Of a stretch of 64,000 bases of DNA, positions 52,773-59,472 are shown one piece after another. Where the stretch lies: NCBI GenBank assembly GCA_965205025.1, contig CBDBFU010000020.1:192001-256000 (forward strand). Direction: 5' to 3'. Source of the stretch: Candidatus Poribacteria bacterium. GTDB lineage: Bacteria; Poribacteria; WGA-4E; WGA-3G. The notes under the pieces are model-generated. The model ran no database searches. It was given only the letters and a program-made list of their open reading frames with translations, and had not been told where the DNA came from. Position numbers and translations under genes: made by a program. Positions within the stretch are counted from its first letter, which is position 1, and each line of letters starts with the position of its first letter.

Positions 52773-54131
52773 ATGAATATAATCCATATAATATCAGATA
52801 CTTTTCGTAGAGATAACTTAGAAATGTATGGTGGAAAAGGGTATTGTCCAGCACTTAATTCGTTCGCAGAAAAATGTGTTGTATTTGATAGAGCATACGT
52901 CTGTAGCTATCCAACTGTTCCAATTCGTGGGGACCTTGTTACTGGGGAGGTAGGAATATGTCGACGGGGATGGGAACCATTACAACGGAATGTTCCTGTG
53001 ATTACAAATTCATTATCAAAGGCTGGCGTTGTTAGTATGATGATTGCTGATACTCCACACCATCTAAATAACGGATTCTTCTATAATCGTGGGTTTACGG
53101 GGTGGAAATGGATACGTGGACAGGAGAGTGATCAATTAGAAACACATCCATACAACTATGATAATGATTTAGTCAGAAGATATAGAATACATACAAGACC
53201 CCATCCTGAAAATTTACCTGCCGGAATCTATAATCATCTAAAGAATTCTGATTCTCGTATAAATGAAGGTGATACTTTTGTTGCACAGACCATGCAAACC
53301 GCTTGTGATTGGCTTGAGAAGAATTACCAACACGATAATTTCTATCTAATGGTTGACACATTCGATCCACATGAACCATGGGATGTACCTGATTGGTATA
53401 TAAGACGTTTTGATCCTGAGGATTACGATGGTCCTGAACCGATTTATCCAACATACGGACCTAATAAAATGGATGAGCGTACGACACAACGACTCAACAG
53501 TTTATATAGAGCCGAAGCTTCTTTAGTAGACAATTGGATAGGACAATTATTAAGAAAGATTGACTATATGGGACTGATGGAAAATACGATGATTGTTTTT
53601 ATGGCGGACCACGGTTTTCTGTTAGGCGAACATGGATTGATAGCTAAGAATCTCGGTATGTATGAGGAAATTGTCCACATTCCATTGCTCATATACCATC
53701 CTGAAGCAAATCCGCGTCGTATTGATGCTTTAGCAAGTATAATCGACATTCCAGCTACTGTAATAGATTTTTTTGGTGCTGAACGGGGTAGTAATGTAGA
53801 AGGCATTAGTCTATTGCCAGCTGTAATGGGAGAAACAGAAAATTGTAGAGATTACGCTATTACTCACGGGGCATGGGGTGGCGGATGGAGTCCAGATGGT
53901 GGAAGTCCACATGGTAGTGTTACAGATGGAACTTGGTCGTTGCTCTTAGAAAATCAAGGTGCTCCAAAAGAGTTATTTCATCTCCATTCAGATCCTGAGC
54001 AAAAAAATAATCGATTTGAATCAGATACTGGTGAAGCACGAAGACTATACCAAGCCTTTTTGGATTTTTTAGCTCAACATGGTGGTCCTGATGCTATGGT
54101 TAAAGAATTTCAAAGTAGATGGGACATATAG
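52773..54131 (+). CDS. Sulfatase/alkaline-phosphatase superfamily hydrolase with Thr at the nucleophile position
   Basis: ISDTFRRD, YPTVPIRGDLVTG, FDPHEPWD, ADHGFLLGEH, HIPL. Confidence 0.85.
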   Translation: MNIIHIISDTFRRDNLEMYGGKGYCPALNSFAEKCVVFDRAYVCSYPTVPIRGDLVTGEVGICRRGWEPLQRNVPVITNSLSKAGVVSMMIADTPHHLNNGFFYNRGFTGWKWIRGQESDQLETHPYNYDNDLVRRYRIHTRPHPENLPAGIYNHLKNSDSRINEGDTFVAQTMQTACDWLEKNYQHDNFYLMVDTFDPHEPWDVPDWYIRRFDPEDYDGPEPIYPTYGPNKMDERTTQRLNSLYRAEASLVDNWIGQLLRKIDYMGLMENTMIVFMADHGFLLGEHGLIAKNLGMYEEIVHIPLLIYHPEANPRRIDALASIIDIPATVIDFFGAERGSNVEGISLLPAVMGETENCRDYAITHGAWGGGWSPDGGSPHGSVTDGTWSLLLENQGAPKELFHLHSDPEQKNNRFESDTGEARRLYQAFLDFLAQHGGPDAMVKEFQSRWDI

Positions 54132-54190
54132 AAGTTATTCCTTAATCCTATAAATGATTGTCTACTTACATAATTACCACATAAAACACA

Positions 54191-54223
54191 AAAGGTTGAT
54201 GAACCCTTAGTCCACCAACCTTT
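54191..54223. terminator. Bidirectional terminator between the sulfatase-family gene and hsp20
   Basis: AAAGGTTG...CAACCTTT stem between convergent genes. Confidence 0.55.
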
Positions 54224-54252
54224 CTTAATAATCGTTAAACTATCTTGTGTAT

Positions 54253-54693
54253 CTATTCACCAGACAAATCTGTTTCAATTGGAATTTCTCTTGGTCTTAC
54301 CTCATCTGGTTTTGGAATTGACAGGGTTAGTACGCCATCTCTGAACTCTGCATTAATGCTTTCTGGAACAACCTTAGGTGGAAGTGAGAAACTCCTTTTA
54401 AAACTACCATAATGATTCTCTTTTCGACGATAATACTTAGATTCATCCGTATTTTCTTGAGCCTTTTCACCACTTATTGTCAAGACATTGTCTAATACAG
54501 AAATACTTACATCGTCTTTTGCTACACCTGGTAATTCCGTACGTACCATATATCCGTCTTCTGTTTCCGTGATATCTGCTGACGGTTTCCACTTGGCTTC
54601 AGTAGGTTTAGTATAAATACTGAATGGTCTAAAGATAGAGTTGTAATACTTGAAGGGTGTATATGTTGGTTTGCGAGTGGTTATATAAGTCAT
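54253..54693 (-). CDS. Hsp20/alpha-crystallin small heat shock protein
   Basis: WKPSADITE, ELPGV, YGSFKRSFSLP, A.F.DGVL, IPI C-terminal motif. Confidence 0.93.
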   Translation of the reverse strand: MTYITTRKPTYTPFKYYNSIFRPFSIYTKPTEAKWKPSADITETEDGYMVRTELPGVAKDDVSISVLDNVLTISGEKAQENTDESKYYRRKENHYGSFKRSFSLPPKVVPESINAEFRDGVLTLSIPKPDEVRPREIPIETDLSGE

Positions 54694-54722
54694 TCTTTTA
54701 CTCCCTGATATTTTGTTAGGAA

Positions 54723-54770
54723 ATACTTGACATACCTCATCCCGAACGGAAGGAGAGGTATGTCAAGTAT
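54723..54770 (-). promoter_or_regulatory. Perfect 16-bp stem-loop between the two hsp20 genes
   Basis: ATACTTGACATACCTC / GAGGTATGTCAAGTAT. Confidence 0.75.
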
Positions 54771-54775
54771 GGTAA

Positions 54776-55228
54776 TTATGAAGTTACATCAATCGGTATT
54801 TCAGTCGGTCTTGCTTCCTCTACCTTCGGAATATTTAGGGTTAAGATTCCATCTTTGAATCCTGCCTTAATCTCCGCGGTATTGACTTGTTGAGGTAGAG
54901 TAAAACTTCTTTGGAAGGTTCCATACCGTCTTTCGACACGATGGGTGTTTCTCTCATCAGATTTCTCTTCTTGACGTTTTTCACCTTTAATAGTCAGTAA
55001 GTTATCTGTCACAGAAACATTGACATCATTCTCAAGTACTCCAGGGAGTTCAGCATGAATTTCATAACTATTTTCAGTTTCAGTTATATCTACTGTCGGC
55101 ATCCATGAGGAACTTTCCGTATTTGTATCCACATCTCTGGAACTGAGAAGGTCGCCAAAGATTCTCCCCATCTCATTATGTAAGTTGAATAGATTTCCAA
55201 TCGGTCTGCGTGTCGTTAATAAGGTCAT
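54776..55228 (-). CDS. Hsp20/alpha-crystallin small heat shock protein
   Basis: WMPTVDITE, ELPGV, ERRYGTFQRSFTLP, GFKDGIL, IPI motif. Confidence 0.95.
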   Translation of the reverse strand: MTLLTTRRPIGNLFNLHNEMGRIFGDLLSSRDVDTNTESSSWMPTVDITETENSYEIHAELPGVLENDVNVSVTDNLLTIKGEKRQEEKSDERNTHRVERRYGTFQRSFTLPQQVNTAEIKAGFKDGILTLNIPKVEEARPTEIPIDVTS

Positions 55229-55317
55229 TTTTCTGCTCCTTTATATTGTTTGTTTTCTTTGCTGGTAAATATTTGATCTATGACTTAATTTCATAGAACT
55301 AACTTGCATTCTAATAA

Positions 55318-55333
55318 AGCAAAATCAATGCCA
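55318..55333 (-). promoter_or_regulatory. Sigma54 (-24/-12) promoter of the hsp20 pair
   Basis: Minus strand TGGCAT-TGATT-TTGCT matches TGGCAC-N5-TTGCW, ~90 bp upstream of the start codon. Confidence 0.75.
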
Positions 55334-55686
55334 ATTATGAATAATTTTGCAATAAGTGTGTCTTTTTTATACAAATATTAATGTGTCTATATACTATATT
55401 CGCTGATGAATACTGAGTTTAGAAAGAATTTTGTAAATCATTATATTTCTTGAAGGAGTTCTGGTTTTTTGCAAATAGAGTATAATTCTTATATGCTAAA
55501 ATAGGAATCTTGAAAAAGCCAAAATGGCATATTCGTGTCAAATTGAATCATTCAATATGACAATATGCACTATATAATGGATACTAATCAATTAGAATTG
55601 GTAATACGATATTTATCAATAATTATTTGATTGTTATAGGAGATAGAAGAATGTGAGATGGGTTGGATCTGAAATGGATATTGGTG

Positions 55687-56331
55687 TTAATTTACTTCTA
55701 CAAGCTGTGAACGGATTCCTGCAGTAACAGTGTGTAGGGCTACAAGATTCTCATCTAAATACGGAATTATTAGATCAGCATATTGTTTACACGACTCGGT
55801 GTAAATTGGAAAATTAGGGAGAACATCTTTACGGTACCAACTAATCGCACCTTCAAGATTGGCACTACGGGTCCCAACATCCCGTTGCATCCTTCTAAGT
55901 ACACGCTCATGCGCGTCAACATCTAAGAATATCTTCATGTCAATTAATTCACGAAGGTCTTGGTTCCAAAAAATGAGGTGTCCTTCAACTATAATCACTT
56001 GACTTGGTTCGATAATCTTTTCTTCATCACCCCGTTGAGCACTACGTGTCCCCGGAGTTGGTGTCTGTATAGGTTTATAAGAACGGAGTGTCTCAACATC
56101 TCTAATTAATACATCCCATAGCACTACATCGGGATGATTTGCCGTGATTACCTTTTCACGTTCTTCTGGTGTATATTCTGCCCAATCTCGAAAATATGAA
56201 TCTTGGTGTAATGTAATCGGTGATAGGTCGGCAAGTTGACCAGACAGTGCATTTGCAAATGTAGTCTTACCAGATGCTGAGCCTCCCATGATTCCAATTA
56301 TTATTGGTCTGTTCTCATCAAAATATATCAT
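55687..56331 (-). CDS. udk: Uridine kinase family protein
   Basis: IIGIMGGSASGKTT, QDSYF, NHPD, IIVEG, RRMQRD, ADLIIP. Confidence 0.82.
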   Translation of the reverse strand: MIYFDENRPIIIGIMGGSASGKTTFANALSGQLADLSPITLHQDSYFRDWAEYTPEEREKVITANHPDVVLWDVLIRDVETLRSYKPIQTPTPGTRSAQRGDEEKIIEPSQVIIVEGHLIFWNQDLRELIDMKIFLDVDAHERVLRRMQRDVGTRSANLEGAISWYRKDVLPNFPIYTESCKQYADLIIPYLDENLVALHTVTAGIRSQLVEVN

Positions 56332-56375
56332 ACTTAACTCTTATCTTTCTAATTTAAAGACACCAATACATCAAT

Positions 56376-56404
56376 AGAGTATCATATCAAAAACCACTTG
56401 TCAA
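56376..56404 (-). promoter_or_regulatory. Putative sigma70 promoter for udk
   Basis: Minus strand TTGACA-17 bp-TACTCT. Confidence 0.5.
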
Positions 56405-56683
56405 ACAGGGTTGCGGAAAATTTTAAGTAATAACATGTATCACATAAAACGTATCAAACATTTTATATAAGATTAAAAAAATGAAATGAATCTATGGAAA
56501 TTATATTGAAACTTTAGAAGACAGTTTTGACATATTCAAAGGAAAATATAGGATTAAATATCTGTTTTTATACCTTTTTATCCATCAGAAATTTCAGTTA
56601 TTGAAGAGTATTCTCAAGAAAATATATACATAATCTAACAATTTAAAAAATATAGCAGAGAATATGAAAACAAAATACCCTAT

Positions 56684-56808
56684 TAATGTGAGTTTGAATA
56701 ATAGGTATGTGAACTACATTCTTCGAAAATTAATACTCATATAGACCCGGTAGGTGCGGTTTCCTAACCGCACTGAATATAAGAATCTGAGTTATCAAAC
56801 TCACGTTA
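56684..56808. mobile_element. MITE-like element, copy 3, with an intact GTAG REP-like hairpin
   Basis: TAATGTGAGTTTGAATAA...TTATCAAACTCACGTTA; internal GGTAGGTGCGGTTTCCTAACCGCAC. Confidence 0.78.
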
Positions 56809-56822
56809 TTACATACCTATGT

Positions 56823-56851
56823 TTGACAAGCAACCTTTGAATATGGTATTC
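56823..56851 (+). promoter_or_regulatory. Putative sigma70 promoter for the AAA+ gene
   Basis: TTGACA-17 bp-TATTCT with TG extension. Confidence 0.55.
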
Positions 56852-56923
56852 TAATTTAATCATTTTATGCTTAGATTAATCAAATTATTATCAAGAATTA
56901 TTTAGAGAATATGGAGATTCGTT

Positions 56924-58774
56924 ATGTTTTGGCAAAGAATTGAATCACAATACAAAGTAGCCGCAGCGCATCAATATTTACTGCATTTTAATGTGAATGA
57001 CTTAATGTATGATGAACATTACGGATATCTACCTGCAACCGACTACCTTATGGAACAATTGAATGTACTTGGGTGTCGATTGGTACTTGGTTATAATGCA
57101 ACAAAAGGTTTTATGATTCCAAGAGTAGGTCAATGGGTAGAAACACAGAAAATATTGGGTCTAATTCCTAAAGATCAAGGTGTTCCTGAAGAAACACCTG
57201 AACGTAAGAGAATCAACTCCAGACTTTCTTATCATAAACTTCATGAAGATCCTTTCTATAAAATTGATCCAATGCCTACAAAAGAATTAGCCAACAAAAT
57301 GCACGACTTATTAAAACAGGACCGTGCCAGAATAGGGTTGGTAATAACAAATCTTGAACAAATTGCACCAAACGATCCTTCAATGGAATCATCGACAAAA
57401 GAAAACACACTATACTTCTATCATCAACTTCAGAATTGGGCATCAGATTTAGAAATACGAAGGAAACAACATATAATATTGCTACTCACCCAAAATACAT
57501 TTGATATTCATCCGCACTTCCTTGTAAATCAAGAAATTCCTATAGTAGAAATCCCTTTTCCAGATTATGATGAAAGATTAAGATTCATTAATCATCTAAC
57601 TAAGATACCTCAGGAAATCGCACATCAGGATTCTCCAGATCAAAAGCTTGAAGTAAAGTTAGACCTTGGTAGTGACCGTGATAAGCAGGATTTAGCACGT
57701 GAAACCGCTGGCTTGAACCTATTTGGAATTCATGATCTGGTAAGACACGCGGCATCATTAAAACAGAAAGTTCAAGGTCAATTGCTCAATAATTATCGAC
57801 GCGAAAGTGTGAAAACCTTTAGTCATGGTATTATTGAAGTGAGTGAACCAATGACAGAACCAAACCAACACTGGTCACCCCATGTCACAAGAGTCATCCA
57901 AGATATAATACGAGGTCTAAAAGATAATGATATACGACGTGTTCCCCGCGGTATGCTTTTGATGGGTCCAACTGGTAATGGGAATATTTTTGCTGCTCGT
58001 ATGTTGGCAGGTCAAACAAACATGGCTTTTGTTAAGTTACGTTATGCTGGACAAATTAGTGAAGTAACAGTAAATATCAATGACAATGGTACAAGTTATG
58101 AGAGAAACTTGAATTCTGCTATAAACTTCATCAAGGGTTTAGCTCCAGTAGTAGTCTTTATGGAAGAAATAGAACAAGCATCACCCCATTCAGGAATAAA
58201 AAAAGGTAATTCAGAACAAACCATACCACCTATTCTTACAAATGCTATTAATGATGGTTCATTACATGGAGAAGTAATATGGATTGGCACTTCGAGTCGT
58301 CCTGACCTAATTCCTCCAATATTCAGAAATACAGAGATTTTTAGTCAAAAATTGGTTCTGTTACCACCAATGAGACAAAGCCGTGCAGGAATATTACAAT
58401 TCTTCTGTAGACTTCACACTCGTGAGGAAATGAATTTCAATGAAATAGCACGTCATGAGAAGCTTAGAGGTGTAACAGTAAACGATCTAAATCAGATTGC
58501 ACGACGAAGTCATAATATTGCGAAACGCAAGAATAAAGCATCTTTCAATGAGGAAGATTTACGCGAAGTGATAGAAGATTATATGCCTAATTATTCTCGT
58601 GAAATGCAGATGTTTATGGCTTTACTTGCCCTACAGGAAGCCACTTCACGATCTATGATACCAGATAGACTCCCACCACCCTATGAAGAGTTTGTCGAGG
58701 AAGGACAGATAAATAAGACAAAAATTAACGCTCGTATCATGGAATTAGGTAAAGAATTAGGGTTAAGTGCTTGA
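56924..58774 (+). CDS. Two-module AAA+ family protein (Ycf46-like architecture) with degenerate catalytic motifs
   Basis: EIPFPDYDER, LARETAGL, PRGMLLMGPTGNGN, VVFMEEIE, TSSRPDLI. Confidence 0.8.
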   Translation: MFWQRIESQYKVAAAHQYLLHFNVNDLMYDEHYGYLPATDYLMEQLNVLGCRLVLGYNATKGFMIPRVGQWVETQKILGLIPKDQGVPEETPERKRINSRLSYHKLHEDPFYKIDPMPTKELANKMHDLLKQDRARIGLVITNLEQIAPNDPSMESSTKENTLYFYHQLQNWASDLEIRRKQHIILLLTQNTFDIHPHFLVNQEIPIVEIPFPDYDERLRFINHLTKIPQEIAHQDSPDQKLEVKLDLGSDRDKQDLARETAGLNLFGIHDLVRHAASLKQKVQGQLLNNYRRESVKTFSHGIIEVSEPMTEPNQHWSPHVTRVIQDIIRGLKDNDIRRVPRGMLLMGPTGNGNIFAARMLAGQTNMAFVKLRYAGQISEVTVNINDNGTSYERNLNSAINFIKGLAPVVVFMEEIEQASPHSGIKKGNSEQTIPPILTNAINDGSLHGEVIWIGTSSRPDLIPPIFRNTEIFSQKLVLLPPMRQSRAGILQFFCRLHTREEMNFNEIARHEKLRGVTVNDLNQIARRSHNIAKRKNKASFNEEDLREVIEDYMPNYSREMQMFMALLALQEATSRSMIPDRLPPPYEEFVEEGQINKTKINARIMELGKELGLSA

Positions 58775-58826
58775 GTTATGTCTTATGTTAATTTTATTTA
58801 ATCTAATAAGATTATTAAAACAAAAT

Positions 58827-58851
58827 GCTCCTGTTGAAAGACAACAGGAGC
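58827..58851. terminator. Bidirectional terminator between the AAA+ and RRM genes
   Basis: GCTCCTGTTG / CAACAGGAGC 10-bp stem with AT-rich flanks. Confidence 0.7.
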
Positions 58852-58917
58852 TAAAATTTAACCCGCTTTATATAATAGTGCACATTTGTCTAATAAAGAC
58901 GAAACATTGCTGGATGA

Positions 58918-59193
58918 TTACTCTTCCTCATAGCGAGTTTCAGGGCGTCGTCCGCGTGGACGTGCGGGATTGACTTTCAAAGGACGTCCCATTAGTTCTT
59001 GACCGTCTAATGCTTCAATCGCGCGTTCACCATCTTCTTGATTTTCCATCTCAACGAACCCATACCCTTTAGAACGACCATCATAGCGATCTCGAATAAT
59101 TGTTACTTGGGTAAGGGGACCGTGTGGTTCGAAAAGTTCTTCCAAGTCAGTTTCTGTGGCTGCATAAGGCACATTGCCAACGTAGATGTTCAT
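58918..59193 (-). CDS. RRM (RNP-1) RNA-binding protein
   Basis: RNP2 IYVGNV, RNP1 KGYGFVEM, GRPLKVNPARPR. Confidence 0.96.
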   Translation of the reverse strand: MNIYVGNVPYAATETDLEELFEPHGPLTQVTIIRDRYDGRSKGYGFVEMENQEDGERAIEALDGQELMGRPLKVNPARPRGRRPETRYEEE

Positions 59194-59423
59194 CTCGTTT
59201 CTCCTTTTGTAATTGAATAAACGGGAATGTGAGAAAAAAGAGTACTGTCAGCATGTTTTATGGCAGGTATTTGATAGTAAGCAAAGATTGGTAAAAATGA
59301 ACTCCGGATTCTCATCAATCTCTTGGATGACAACATACCGTATGTTGTAATTCCTAATGTAAACTGTCAAAATACTACGCTTAACTTGGTAAGCAGACAC
59401 CATCACATTTCCCAAACGCTATA

Positions 59424-59452
59424 ATTGTATACTAAAATAATAGAATTGTCAA
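59424..59452 (-). promoter_or_regulatory. Near-consensus sigma70 promoter of the RRM gene
   Basis: Minus strand TTGACA (59452-59447)-17 bp-TACAAT (59429-59424). Confidence 0.75.
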
Positions 59453-59472
59453 ATTTCGTTTTACTCTGTGAA

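Noticed and set aside
54694-54722. ROSE-type RNA thermometer before the second hsp20
   Set aside because: No U(U/C)GCU motif pairing with the Shine-Dalgarno, and the strong hairpin does not cover the RBS
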